From contig JAMOBD010000001.1 in assembly GCA_039908345.1 (NCBI GenBank), forward strand, positions 129,712 through 193,711: a stretch of 64,000 nucleotides of DNA, read 5' to 3'. Of this stretch, positions 18,526-27,795 are shown one piece after another; the stretch's first letter is position 1; each line of letters opens with the position of its first letter. Under the pieces are notes generated by a model. It did no database searches, was not told where the DNA came from, and saw only the letters and a list, made by a program, of their open reading frames with translations. The translations under genes were made by a program, and so were the position numbers. The stretch comes from Magnetospirillum sp. WYHS-4 (GTDB lineage Bacteria > Pseudomonadota > Alphaproteobacteria > Rhodospirillales > GLO-3).

Positions 18526-19452
18526 ATGGCACCATTGATCCTGGATGGCAATGATCTTCCGGCGGGGGGCGCCAAACCCCGGCGCGAGGATCTGATCGCG
18601 GACGCGACAGGCGCCTCGTTCGCCAAGGACGTCATCGAAGCGTCGAAGACGGTGCCGGTGATCGTCGACCTCTGGGCTCCCTGGTGCGGGCCCTGCAAGC
18701 AATTGGGCCCGATGCTGGAAAAGCTGGTGGTGGAAGCCGCCGGCTTGGTGCGGATGGTCAAGGTGAACGTGGACGAAAACCAGCAGTTGGCCCAGCAATT
18801 GCGTGTTCAATCGATCCCGGCCGTCTTCGCCTTCAAGGACGGCCGGCCGGTGGACGGTTTCGCCGGAGCCCTGCCGGAGAGCCAGTTGCGGGCCTTCATC
18901 AAGCGCTTGACCGGCGACGCCAAGTCACCGACCGATCAGGTCCTGGAGGAAGCCCGCGCCCTGCTCGCGGCGGGCGCTTTCCGGGAAGCCCTGGAGGTCT
19001 TCGGCGCCCTGCTCGCGCAGGCGCCCGACAATCCGGCCGCGGCCGGTGGAGCTCTCAAGGCCTGTATCGCCCTGGGCGAGTTGGAACGGGCGCGGCGCTT
19101 TCTTGACGACCTACCGCCGGCGATGCGGACTCAATCCGAAGTCGCCAGCGCCGCCGCGGCGCTGGAGTTGGCGGAACAGGGGGGAAGCGCCGCCGAACTG
19201 CAAGTGCTGACGGACCGGCTGGCCAAGGACCCGGGCGATCTCCAGGCCCGCTATGACCTGGGCGTCGCGCTTTACGGCGCAGGGCGGCCGGAGGAGGCGA
19301 TCCGGGAACTGGTGGAACTGGTACGGCGCAACCGCACCTGGAACGAAGACGCGGCCCGCCGTCAACTGGTCAAGGTTTTCGAAGCCCTCGGCCATGCCCA
19401 TCCCCTGACGGTGGTGGGCCGCCGGCAGCTGTCGTCGGTGCTGTTCTCATGA
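18526..19452 (+). CDS. Thioredoxin-domain plus TPR co-chaperone (YbbN/CnoX-like)
   Basis: VIVDLWAPWCGPCKQLGP thioredoxin motif, followed by Ala/Leu-rich TPR-like repeats. The start could be 18469 or 18526. Confidence 0.8.
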   Translation: MAPLILDGNDLPAGGAKPRREDLIADATGASFAKDVIEASKTVPVIVDLWAPWCGPCKQLGPMLEKLVVEAAGLVRMVKVNVDENQQLAQQLRVQSIPAVFAFKDGRPVDGFAGALPESQLRAFIKRLTGDAKSPTDQVLEEARALLAAGAFREALEVFGALLAQAPDNPAAAGGALKACIALGELERARRFLDDLPPAMRTQSEVASAAAALELAEQGGSAAELQVLTDRLAKDPGDLQARYDLGVALYGAGRPEEAIRELVELVRRNRTWNEDAARRQLVKVFEALGHAHPLTVVGRRQLSSVLFS

Positions 19453-20096
19453 CGGCCCCGTTGCCCGATACCATTCCCGTCTTTCCTTTGCCGGGGGTGC
19501 TGTTGCTGCCCCAGGGCGAACTGCCGCTGAAGATCTTCGAGCCGCGCTACGTCAATCTGCTGCTCGACTGCCTGGGAGAAGGCCGCCTGATGGGGCTGAT
19601 CCAGACCCGCCGGGATGAATCCCATCCGGTTCCGGAGGGCGCCCCGGTCTACCCGGTGGGCTGCCTGGGCCGGGTTTCCGCCTTCATGGAAACCCAGGAC
19701 GGGGCCTTCCTGATTACCCTTACCGGAATCAATCGTTTCACGGTGGTGGCCGAAAGCGAGCCCTGCCGGGGCTATCGCCGCATGCGCGTCGCCTACGGGG
19801 ATTTCTCCGAGGACACGATGCCGGATCTGCCCTTTCCGATCGACCGTGCGCGGCTCCTCGATACCGCCGGGGCCTATCTGCGGCCCCGCGGCCTGGAAGC
19901 CGACTGGGAGGCCCTGAAGCGGGCCCCCGATTCCCTCCTGGTGACCTCGCTGGCCATGGCTTGCCCCCTCGAGGCCCGCGAAAAGCAAGCCCTGCTGGAA
20001 TGCAGCCTCGCCGAAAGAGCCGAATTGCTGCTGGCCCTGCTGGAAATGGGGGCCCGCGCCCGGCCCGACCCCGATACTCCCGCCGTCCGCCACTGA
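19449..20096 (+). CDS. LON N-terminal substrate-binding-domain protein
   Basis: [30 protein letters not shown] is typical of the Lon N-domain family. ATGA overlap with the upstream gene. Confidence 0.75.
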   Translation: MTAPLPDTIPVFPLPGVLLLPQGELPLKIFEPRYVNLLLDCLGEGRLMGLIQTRRDESHPVPEGAPVYPVGCLGRVSAFMETQDGAFLITLTGINRFTVVAESEPCRGYRRMRVAYGDFSEDTMPDLPFPIDRARLLDTAGAYLRPRGLEADWEALKRAPDSLLVTSLAMACPLEAREKQALLECSLAERAELLLALLEMGARARPDPDTPAVRH

Positions 20097-20107
20097 AGGA
20101 AAAATCC

Positions 20108-20305
20108 ATGAGCGAGCGCAAGGTCGATCCCAAACTGCTGGAAATCCTGGTGTGCCCCTTGACCAAGGGGCCCCTCGAATACGACGTCGAGAAGCAGGAA
20201 CTGATCAGCCGCAAGGCCGGATTGGCCTATCCCATCCGGGACGGCATTCCCGTGATGCTGGCCGACGAAGCCCGGTCCTTGGACGAAGGAGCCGCCAAGG
20301 CATGA
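20108..20305 (+). CDS. Trm112/UPF0434 family small protein
   Basis: 65 aa. [17 protein letters not shown]...[18 protein letters not shown]. Confidence 0.85.
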   Translation: MSERKVDPKLLEILVCPLTKGPLEYDVEKQELISRKAGLAYPIRDGIPVMLADEARSLDEGAAKA

Positions 20306-20676
20306 CCACCCAATTCGGAACCCGCCATCAGGCCGTCGAAATTCGCGTGAAGCGCGACGAGAAGATTCTGGAAGTGGACTTCGACGACGGCAAGACCTTC
20401 CGTCTGCCCGCCGAGTACCTGAGGGTCGAGAGTCCCTCGGCAGAGGTCCAGGGCCATTCGCCCAGCGAACGCAAGACCGTGGCCGGCCGGCGCCACGTCG
20501 GCATCATGGCCGTCGAGCCGGTGGGCAATTACGCCATCCGGATCAAGTTCGACGACCTGCACGACAGCGGCATCTATTCGTGGGACACCCTCTACGAACT
20601 GGGCGCGAGCCAGGACGAAACCTGGCGTGCCTATCTTGCGGCGCTGGAGGAAAAGGGCCTCAGCCGCGATCCCTAG
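20302..20676 (+). CDS. DUF971-like protein (gamma-butyrobetaine hydroxylase N-terminal-like domain)
   Basis: [20 protein letters not shown]...[26 protein letters not shown]. Family assigned from memory of this motif pattern. Confidence 0.6.
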   Translation: MTTQFGTRHQAVEIRVKRDEKILEVDFDDGKTFRLPAEYLRVESPSAEVQGHSPSERKTVAGRRHVGIMAVEPVGNYAIRIKFDDLHDSGIYSWDTLYELGASQDETWRAYLAALEEKGLSRDP

Positions 20677-20715
20677 CACGATTCAGGCTCCGTCCGAAAA
20701 GCGGGAGGTCGCCGG

Positions 20716-20997
20716 CTAAGACCGAGAGGAAGCAGAAACGGTCCCAAACCCCGAAGCGATGTCCGTGGCCCGGCGGGGCTGGCCGTCGCGACGGTCGGGG
20801 TGGTCGAGGAAGGTCGCCTTGAAATGCCGACGCTCGTGCTTTCGCTCGGCCCAGCCGGGGTCGCCGGGATTGCGGGTATTCGGGACCGACGGAGGGGCCG
20901 GGGTCTCCTCGGACATCTCCGGAGAAGGTTCCTCCGTGCCGAACAAAGCCTCCGTCACGCGGCCGATCAGGGTTTCCCGTCCCATGATAATCCCCAT
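20716..20997 (-). CDS. Hypothetical small protein (93 aa)
   Basis: Third-codon positions are mostly G/C in this frame over the first ~40 codons I checked. No family recognised. The start is set at MGIIMGRE. Confidence 0.3.
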   Translation of the reverse strand: MGIIMGRETLIGRVTEALFGTEEPSPEMSEETPAPPSVPNTRNPGDPGWAERKHERRHFKATFLDHPDRRDGQPRRATDIASGFGTVSASSRS

Positions 20998-21190
20998 ATT
21001 CTCAGGAGTTCCATTATAGCAGAATTCCGCTCGCGGAACCCGTTCTGTTTTTGGGGACGGACGGTAGCCATGGGCCGGTGAGCCTGTATAGTGGCTGGCG
21101 GATGGGGAAAGGAGCACGAATAATGGCGGAACGGGGGCATGGATCGGCGGTGGCGGTCGTTCTCCTGGCCGCCGGCGCGATGCGGGCGCC

Positions 21191-22471
21191 ATGATGGGGG
21201 CCCGTCCTTCCGGACTGGTCGCCTGGGCATTCTACGACTGGGCCAATTCGGCCTTTCCCACGGTGATCGCCACCTTCGTCTTCGCCGCCTACTTCACCCA
21301 GGCGGTGGCGACAGATTCCATCGCCGGCACCGCCCAGTGGGGCTATGCCATGAGCGCCTCGGGCTTGGCCGTCGCCCTGCTAGCCCCCCTTCTGGGCGCG
21401 GTGGCCGACCATGGCGGGCGCCGCAAGCCCTGGCTGGCCGTCTTCACCCTGCTGTGCGTCGGAATGACGGCGCTGTTGTGGTTAACCCGGCCCGATCCGG
21501 CCGACGTGCTCTGGGCTCTGGTGCTGGTGGGGCTGGCCAACGTGGCCTTCGAGATGGGCATGGTCTTCTACAACGCCATGCTGCCCGACTTGGCCCCACC
21601 CGAACGGATCGGCCGCTGGTCCGGCTGGGGTTGGGGTCTTGGCTACGGGGGCGGGCTCGCCTGCCTGGCCCTGGCCCTGGTCGGCTTGGTGCAGGCGGAA
21701 ACGCCCTGGTTCGGTCTCGACAAGGCCCAGGCGGAGCCGGTACGCGCCACCGCGCTTCTGGCCGCGCTTTGGTTCGGGCTGTTTTCCCTGCCCCTGTTCC
21801 TGCTGACCCCCGACCGCGCCGGCACCGGCTTGTCGGTGGCCGAGGCAACCCGGCGCGGCATTTCCTCCCTGGCCGCCACCTTGAAGCGGGCCCGCGAATA
21901 CCGGACGGCGTTGCGCTTCCTGCTCGCCCACATGATCTACACCGACGGACTCAACACCCTGTTCGCCTTCGGAGGGGTCTATGCTGCCGGCACCTTCGGC
22001 ATGGATTTCCAGGAGCTGATCCTATTCGGCATCGCGCTCAACGTCACCGCCGGGATCGGCGCCGCCCTGTTCGCCTTCGCCGACGACCGCTTCGGGCCCA
22101 AGGTGGTGATCGTCGTATCGGTAGCAGCCTTGATCCTGCTGGGCGGGGCGCTGCTGGCGGTCGAATCCAAGGCCCTGTTCTGGGCCTTCGGCCTGCCTTT
22201 GGGCATCTTCGTCGGACCGGCCCAGGCGGCCAGCCGGTCCCTGATGGCCCGCCTGGCGCCTGCGGAAATCCGGGCCGAGATGTTCGGGCTCTACGCCTTT
22301 TCCGGCAAGGCCACGGCCTTCCTGGGACCGGCCTTGCTGGGGATGGTGACCACCGCCTTCGCCAGCCAGAGAGCCGGCATGGCGACCATCCTCGTCTTTT
22401 TCGCCGTGGGGCTGTTGCTGCTGCTGCCGGTGCGCACAATGCGAATCGGGCTTGGCGGCGATGCTTCCTAG
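21191..22471 (+). CDS. MFS transporter (UMF1/Atg22-like family)
   Basis: LVAWAFYDWANSAFPTVIATFVFAAYF, with about 12 hydrophobic segments. Confidence 0.8.
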   Translation: MMGARPSGLVAWAFYDWANSAFPTVIATFVFAAYFTQAVATDSIAGTAQWGYAMSASGLAVALLAPLLGAVADHGGRRKPWLAVFTLLCVGMTALLWLTRPDPADVLWALVLVGLANVAFEMGMVFYNAMLPDLAPPERIGRWSGWGWGLGYGGGLACLALALVGLVQAETPWFGLDKAQAEPVRATALLAALWFGLFSLPLFLLTPDRAGTGLSVAEATRRGISSLAATLKRAREYRTALRFLLAHMIYTDGLNTLFAFGGVYAAGTFGMDFQELILFGIALNVTAGIGAALFAFADDRFGPKVVIVVSVAALILLGGALLAVESKALFWAFGLPLGIFVGPAQAASRSLMARLAPAEIRAEMFGLYAFSGKATAFLGPALLGMVTTAFASQRAGMATILVFFAVGLLLLLPVRTMRIGLGGDAS

Positions 22472-22481
22472 GGAACCGCGA

Positions 22482-22509
22482 ATATTGGGAATCCACGGGA
22501 TTCCAATAT
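22482..22509. repeat. Imperfect hairpin/palindrome just after the MFS gene
   Basis: ATATTgGGAATCC-acg-GGATTCCAATAT: 12 bp of pairing with one bulged G. No U-tract follows, so it could be a protein-binding site or a weak terminator. Confidence 0.4.
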
Positions 22510-22524
22510 GGTAGCGGACATTGT

Positions 22525-22551
22525 TTGACGGTGCCGAAGAGGCAATATAAA
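22525..22551 (+). promoter_or_regulatory. Sigma-70-like promoter candidate for the 22644-23334 gene pair
   Basis: TTGACG (22525-22530), then a 15-nt spacer, then TATAAA (22546-22551). Alternative -10 is TAAAGA at 17-nt spacing. Confidence 0.3.
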
Positions 22552-22643
22552 GAAGTGAGATTCGGTCTCGAAAACGGCTTGCATTATTGTCACGCAGCCG
22601 CTATCCGGAACGGCCTTGAGGGGAACGAGTAGCGAGGAACGTC

Positions 22644-22823
22644 ATGTCGATGCGACGGAAAAGGATGCGGGTGCTTCCGGATACCGACCATCTCGATCAT
22701 GTCCACATGCGCAACGACAGCGACCGGATCGACTATGACGTGGCATCGCAACGGGTTGAAGCGGGGACCGAACATTTGCGTGAGCGAGGCCGCAAGATCA
22801 TGAAGCGGGCGCGCGGCACGTAA
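22644..22823 (+). CDS. Small hypothetical protein (59 aa), not in the supplied track
   Basis: Reads MSMRRKRMRVLPDTDHLDHVHMRNDSDRIDYDVASQRVEAGTEHLRERGRKIMKRARGT. GAGGA lies 5 nt before the ATG. The stop is 4 nt before the next gene's ATG. GC3 is roughly 70 percent by hand count. An antisense 87-aa ORF (22590-22853) is a competing model. Confidence 0.4.
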   Translation: MSMRRKRMRVLPDTDHLDHVHMRNDSDRIDYDVASQRVEAGTEHLRERGRKIMKRARGT

Positions 22824-22827
22824 GGCG

Positions 22828-23334
22828 ATGGCGAAGTCTCCCGAGGTTCCCACCCTTGACGAAAAGAGAAGAGGCTATCTCCTGAATTGCGGTCGGAAGA
22901 CCGCCGAGATATTCGCGGACGATCCGGCACGGCCGCAATTTCGCGAAGGAAGCGACGTCCTGGCGAAGATCGTCAGAGCTTACAAGCAGGTACGATCCGA
23001 ATTTGTCGCCCGCCACGGAATCAAGGATTCCCTGCTCGCCAATCACAAAGTGGCCGCTATCTGGACCTTGATCTTAACCGAGACCAAACCTGAACATCTT
23101 TTCGAGTTCGCAGGTGAAACGCCTTCCAATGCCCGTCGGGCGGTGCTCGTAGCCTACATGTATACGGTGATTTACGGGTTGCTGGAAATCGATCCGGCGG
23201 ATATCACCGAACAGCTTCACGAAGATCTGGAATACTGCCTGCTCAAGGAGCCGCCCAACAGCCTGGAGTGGCTCTGCCTGACCATGCACGCGCTTTGCCA
23301 CCGCCATGGCACCGTCACGAACACCCGTCGCTGA
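22828..23334 (+). CDS. Hypothetical protein (168 aa), no family recognised
   Basis: ORF in a visibly lower-GC segment. The sequence has a helical character (LAKIVRAYKQVRSEFVARHG, RRAVLVAYMYTVIYGLLEI). Confidence 0.6.
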   Translation: MAKSPEVPTLDEKRRGYLLNCGRKTAEIFADDPARPQFREGSDVLAKIVRAYKQVRSEFVARHGIKDSLLANHKVAAIWTLILTETKPEHLFEFAGETPSNARRAVLVAYMYTVIYGLLEIDPADITEQLHEDLEYCLLKEPPNSLEWLCLTMHALCHRHGTVTNTRR

Positions 23335-23343
23335 ACGTCCGCC

Positions 23344-24033
23344 CTACTTGCCCGGCGGGGCTTCCAGGTAGAACAGCTTCTTGTCCAGCGGCTGACCGAA
23401 GACCGGGTTCTGCAAGGTGACCGTGGTGACGATGCCTTGGGCATCGACCACGATCCATTTACGAAGTGCCAGCGGCTTCTCGCTGAATATCAAGGTCACC
23501 GTGCCCTCGCCCGGGTCCTTGCTGCGCACCACGCCGGCCCGGATGGCCCCGGATTCCCTTTCCAGACCGATCAGGGTCAACTTGTCGGAATTCAGGGCGA
23601 CCTTTTCGTCCACCAGGATGCCGGCCGGGGTGGAATCGAGGAACACATGGCTGGCCTGCTGGAGTTCGCGATCGTAATGCATCAGCATGAGGCCGTCCGA
23701 GACGATCAGATCCGTCTTGGGAGGATCGTATTCGATGCGCAGCCTGCCGGGGCGCGAGAGGTAGATGCGCCCCTCCGCGACGTCGCCGGTGGAGGCAACC
23801 TGGAGAAAGCGCGCCTCCAGGGTCTTCATGCCGTTGAGATAGCCTTCGAGTTCGGCCACCAGGGCCCTGTTCGGGCCGTCGAGCTGGATCGGCTTGACCC
23901 TGGACTTTTCGGCCGCCTGGGCTCCGCCCGCGACCAGGAACGCCGCGAGCAATCCGGCCGCCAGCCTACTCGGCCGCCACGCCTGGAGCCAGGACTTCGC
24001 GCCGGCCCACGCGGTCCGCTTTGCTGACGACAC
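23344..24033 (-). CDS. lolA: Outer-membrane lipoprotein carrier protein
   Basis: Signal peptide LLAAFLVAGGAQA, and LEARFLQV...GRIYLSRPGRLRIEYDPP. The listed start overlaps the ftsK 3' end by 68 nt, so the true start is uncertain. Confidence 0.8.
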   Translation of the reverse strand: MSSAKRTAWAGAKSWLQAWRPSRLAAGLLAAFLVAGGAQAAEKSRVKPIQLDGPNRALVAELEGYLNGMKTLEARFLQVASTGDVAEGRIYLSRPGRLRIEYDPPKTDLIVSDGLMLMHYDRELQQASHVFLDSTPAGILVDEKVALNSDKLTLIGLERESGAIRAGVVRSKDPGEGTVTLIFSEKPLALRKWIVVDAQGIVTTVTLQNPVFGQPLDKKLFYLEAPPGK

Positions 24034-26347
24034 CTTCCGCCTCCATCCGTTCGACGATGCGCGCGGCGCGGTTATAGCCGATCTGCAGGTGTCTTTGCAC
24101 GAAACTCGTGGAGGCCTTGCCTTCGCGGGTGACGATGGCCACCGCTTGGTCGTAGAGGCCGTCCGATTCGCCGCCCTCGCCCTCGCCGCCCATGGCCCCG
24201 CCCATGCCGAAGACCGGCGTGTCGTCTTCCTCGGTCACCGCCTCCACATAAGCCGGCTCGCCCTGGGCTTTCAGGTGGTTGACCACGGATTCGACCTCGG
24301 CGTCGGAAACGAAGGGTCCGTGAACGCGCGAGATGCGCCCGCCGCCCGCCATGTAGAGCATGTCGCCCTGGCCCAGAAGCTGTTCCGCCCCCTGTTCGCC
24401 AAGGATGGTGCGGCTGTCGATCTTGGAGGTGACCTGGAAGCTGACCCGGGTGGGGAAGTTGGCCTTGATGGTGCCGGTAATGACGTCGACCGACGGCCTC
24501 TGGGTGGCCATGATGAGGTGGATGCCGGCGGCGCGGGCCATCTGGGCCAGGCGCTGCACGGCGGCTTCGATGTCCTTGCCGGCGACCAGCATCAAATCGG
24601 CCATCTCGTCGACCACCACCACGATGAAGGGCAGGGGCTCGCTGGCGAGCGGCAGGTCCTCGAACTGGGGCTTGCCCTGGTCGTCGAAGCCGGTCTGCAC
24701 CCGGCGGGTGAGCGATTCGCCCTTGCGCGCCGCCTCGGCGATGCGCTGGTTGTAGCCGGCGATGTTGCGCACCCCCAGCTGCGACATCAGCCGGTAGCGG
24801 TCTTCCATCTCGCGCACCGCCCATTTGAGGGCGACCACGGCCTTGGAGGGATCGGTCACCACCGGGGCAAGCAGATGGGGAATGCCGTCGTAGACGGACA
24901 GTTCCAGCATCTTCGGATCGACCATGATCAGCCGGCAGGCCTCCGGCGGCAGTCGGTAAAGCAGGGACAGAATCATGGTGTTGATGGCCACCGACTTGCC
25001 GGAACCGGTGGTGCCGGCGATCAGCAGGTGGGGCATGCGGGCCAGATCGACCATCACCGGACCGCCGCCGATGTCCTTGCCGAGCGCCAGGATCAAACGG
25101 CCGGGCGTACCGGCCCGTTCCATGTCCTCGGAAGCGAGCAGTTCGCGCAGGTGCACGGTCTCGCGCCGGGTGTTCGGCATCTCGATGCCGATCACATTGC
25201 GCCCCGGCACCACGGCGACGCGCACGCTGACCGCGCTCATGGACCGGGCGATATCGTCGGCCAGGCCGATGACCCGCGAGGTCTTGGTCCCCGGCGCCGG
25301 TTCCAGTTCGTAGAGGGTGACCACCGGACCGGGACGGACATGAGTGATCTGGCCCTTGACCCCGAAATCCTCCAGCACCCCTTCCAGCAGGCGAGCGTTC
25401 TGTTCCAGGGCGGTCTTGCTGATCGCTTCGCCACGGCCGGCAGCCGGCGGTGCGGCCAGAATATCCAGAGGTGGTGCCTGATAGCCTTCCGTTTTCCCGA
25501 TCCCCAGATCGAAGACCGGCTGGCGCTCGGCGGCGGCCTGCTTGCCGGCCTTGGGGCGGGGCGCCTTGGCCACCACCTTGCGCTCGATCCTCTCGGGACT
25601 CTGGAAAGCGGAGGCCGGACCGCCCAGGGTGGGCTCACGGCGCTCGAGCCGGGTCGTAGAGCCGGCGCCATTCTCTTCCGCCGGACCACGGCGCAGCTTG
25701 TCGAGGCCAAGGCGAGCCAGGCGGGCCGCCAGGGTTCCGGCGACCGCCAACCCTTGGCCGGCGGCCTTCCAGTCGGCGAGGGTAAGGCCCAATGCCACCA
25801 CCAAGGTGCCGAGGCCCAAGCCTGCCGCCGCCCCGACCACGACGGCCAGGGAGGCCGGACCGAAAATGGGTACCAGCAGGCGCGACAGATAATGGAGTAG
25901 CAGTTCGCCGGCCGCCCCGCCGATGCCCGAATTAAGCGGCCAGCCGGTCGGTGGCGGCACAGTCCCCAGGGCGACGGCGATCAGGGCGACGGCACTCAGC
26001 ATCATGACGAAGCGGGCCCAGAGAGCCGGCACCTTCTGGCGATACATGAGTTGCCAGCCCCAGGCGGCGAGAACGGCGATGGGCAGAATCCCGGCCAGGC
26101 CGACGCTTTGCAGCAGTGCATCGGCGATGTAGGAACCGGCCGAACCCAACAGGTTGGACGCCGGCAGGTCAGTCGCATTGTTGAGGGAAGGATCGCCCGG
26201 CGAAAAGCTCGTCAGCGCCGCCAGTCCGGCCACGGCGGCGGTCATCAGAGTCAACCCGGCGGCGTCGAACAGGCGCCGCTTGACGAAGTCCCCCGTTCCA
26301 TCGGGAAAGATGGGCCCCTTGCCGGAATTGGTGATTGTCCTTGCCAT
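23966..26347 (-). CDS. ftsK: DNA translocase FtsK
   Basis: N-terminal membrane helices, Walker A AGTTGSGKSV, and the C-terminal gamma domain LYDQAVAIVTREGKASTSFVQRHLQIGYNRAARIVERME. The start is set at MARTITNSG (26347) rather than the track's 26668. Confidence 0.9.
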   Translation of the reverse strand: MARTITNSGKGPIFPDGTGDFVKRRLFDAAGLTLMTAAVAGLAALTSFSPGDPSLNNATDLPASNLLGSAGSYIADALLQSVGLAGILPIAVLAAWGWQLMYRQKVPALWARFVMMLSAVALIAVALGTVPPPTGWPLNSGIGGAAGELLLHYLSRLLVPIFGPASLAVVVGAAAGLGLGTLVVALGLTLADWKAAGQGLAVAGTLAARLARLGLDKLRRGPAEENGAGSTTRLERREPTLGGPASAFQSPERIERKVVAKAPRPKAGKQAAAERQPVFDLGIGKTEGYQAPPLDILAAPPAAGRGEAISKTALEQNARLLEGVLEDFGVKGQITHVRPGPVVTLYELEPAPGTKTSRVIGLADDIARSMSAVSVRVAVVPGRNVIGIEMPNTRRETVHLRELLASEDMERAGTPGRLILALGKDIGGGPVMVDLARMPHLLIAGTTGSGKSVAINTMILSLLYRLPPEACRLIMVDPKMLELSVYDGIPHLLAPVVTDPSKAVVALKWAVREMEDRYRLMSQLGVRNIAGYNQRIAEAARKGESLTRRVQTGFDDQGKPQFEDLPLASEPLPFIVVVVDEMADLMLVAGKDIEAAVQRLAQMARAAGIHLIMATQRPSVDVITGTIKANFPTRVSFQVTSKIDSRTILGEQGAEQLLGQGDMLYMAGGGRISRVHGPFVSDAEVESVVNHLKAQGEPAYVEAVTEEDDTPVFGMGGAMGGEGEGGESDGLYDQAVAIVTREGKASTSFVQRHLQIGYNRAARIVERMEAEGVVSKADRVGRREVLAPGVAAE

Positions 26348-26372
26348 GGCGAAAGTTTGCCCGGAGGCCGCT

Positions 26373-27539
26373 TTACAAGACGTTAACGAGACGCCGCAAA
26401 GCCTCCTCGGTCGTAGCCAAGTCGTGGACCAGGGCCACCCGGATATAGCCGGCCCCGGGATTGTGCCCGTCCGCCCCGTCGCGAGCCAGATAGGCTCCCG
26501 GAAGGACCCGCAGACCGGCCTCGGTCCAGAGGCGAAAGGCGGCCCGCTCGCCATCGTCCACGGCCAGCCAAAGGAAGAAGCCTCCGGGCGGACGTTCGAC
26601 CCGGGGGCCGAGAATCGCGTCGGCCAGATCGAACTTGTGGCGATAGAGATCGCGATTCGCGACCACATGGACCTCGTCGTTCCAGAGAGCCGCCGAGGCC
26701 GCCAGTACCGGCAGCGGCAAGGTCGCCCCTCCGTAGGAGCGCAGGCGCCGGAACAGCCCGATAAACTCGGGATCGCCGGCGACGAAGCCGGAACGCAGAC
26801 CGGCGGCGCTGGAGCGCTTGGACAGGGAATGGAAGGACAGGACCTTGCCGAAGCCCTCGCCCAGTTCCCGGCAGGCCTGCAAGGCGCCCGACGGCGGGTC
26901 GCGGTCGTAGATCTCCGCGTAGCATTCGTCGACGATCAGCAGGAAGTCGTGGCGGCGCGCCTGGACAATGGCTCTTTTCAGGTAGTCCAGGTCCGCCATG
27001 GTGCCCTGCGGGTTGGCCGGCGAGCAAAGGAACAGGGCGGTCGTGCGCCGGAAAGTGTCGCCGTCGAGCGCTTCCAGTTCGGGCAGGAAGCCGGTGGCCT
27101 TGGTGGCCGGCAGGAAGACCGGTTCCGCCCCCCACATGACCGCCGCCCCCGAATAGACTTGGTAGAAGGGATTGGGCACCAGCACCAACGGCCGGCCACC
27201 ACCCTTGGCTTCGCCCACCGCCAGGGCCGCCGCCATGAACAGGCCCTCGCGAGTGCCGGAAAGGGGCAGGCTGGGAACGCCGGAAACCCCGTAGCGGCGC
27301 ATCAGCCAGGCATCCACGGCAGCTCGGAATTCGGGCGTACCGTCGACGGGAGGGTACTTGCCCCAAAGGTGGGCGTTGGCCGCCAGGGTCTCGGCGATCA
27401 GGGCGGGCGGGGTATGCTGGGGCTCGCCGATGGACAGGGTCAGCGGCGCCAGTTCCCGGGGCGGCATGGAATCGCCCAGCAGGGCCCGCAGGCGGTCGAA
27501 GGGGTAGTCGGTCAACAGGTCGAGGCGAGGATTGTGCAT
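26373..27539 (-). CDS. Class I PLP-dependent aminotransferase (succinyldiaminopimelate aminotransferase-like)
   Basis: MHNPRLDLLTDYPFDRLRALL, GEPQH, NPANPQG, and the PLP lysine context SFHSLSKRSSAAGLRSG. Confidence 0.75.
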   Translation of the reverse strand: MHNPRLDLLTDYPFDRLRALLGDSMPPRELAPLTLSIGEPQHTPPALIAETLAANAHLWGKYPPVDGTPEFRAAVDAWLMRRYGVSGVPSLPLSGTREGLFMAAALAVGEAKGGGRPLVLVPNPFYQVYSGAAVMWGAEPVFLPATKATGFLPELEALDGDTFRRTTALFLCSPANPQGTMADLDYLKRAIVQARRHDFLLIVDECYAEIYDRDPPSGALQACRELGEGFGKVLSFHSLSKRSSAAGLRSGFVAGDPEFIGLFRRLRSYGGATLPLPVLAASAALWNDEVHVVANRDLYRHKFDLADAILGPRVERPPGGFFLWLAVDDGERAAFRLWTEAGLRVLPGAYLARDGADGHNPGAGYIRVALVHDLATTEEALRRLVNVL

Positions 27540-27795
27540 GACGCCGCAGTCTACCCACCCGGCGGCCGGGATCAACGGGCTTGCGCAGCGCCTTGATTCC
27601 GGGGCCACGGCCGCCCAAGTGAGGGATAGAAGGGGCGTGTGCGCCCCCGGGGATGGCTTCCCCCGGCCATCCCGGCTTCCCAAGGGGAAGCGGCGCCCGA
27701 CTCCAACCCCCCGGAGCCGGGCGCTTTTCCGTGCGCCGCCATGGACGCGGCCTGGGACCTTTGCCTATAAGGATACGAACAGGTGCGGAGGGGTC

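Noticed and set aside
22993-23016. R-x6-H (RSEFVARH) in the 168-aa orphan protein, considered as a HEPN RNase motif
   Set aside because: The motif sits in the N-terminal third rather than the last helix of a four-helix bundle. The Rx4-6H pattern is too degenerate to be meaningful on its own.
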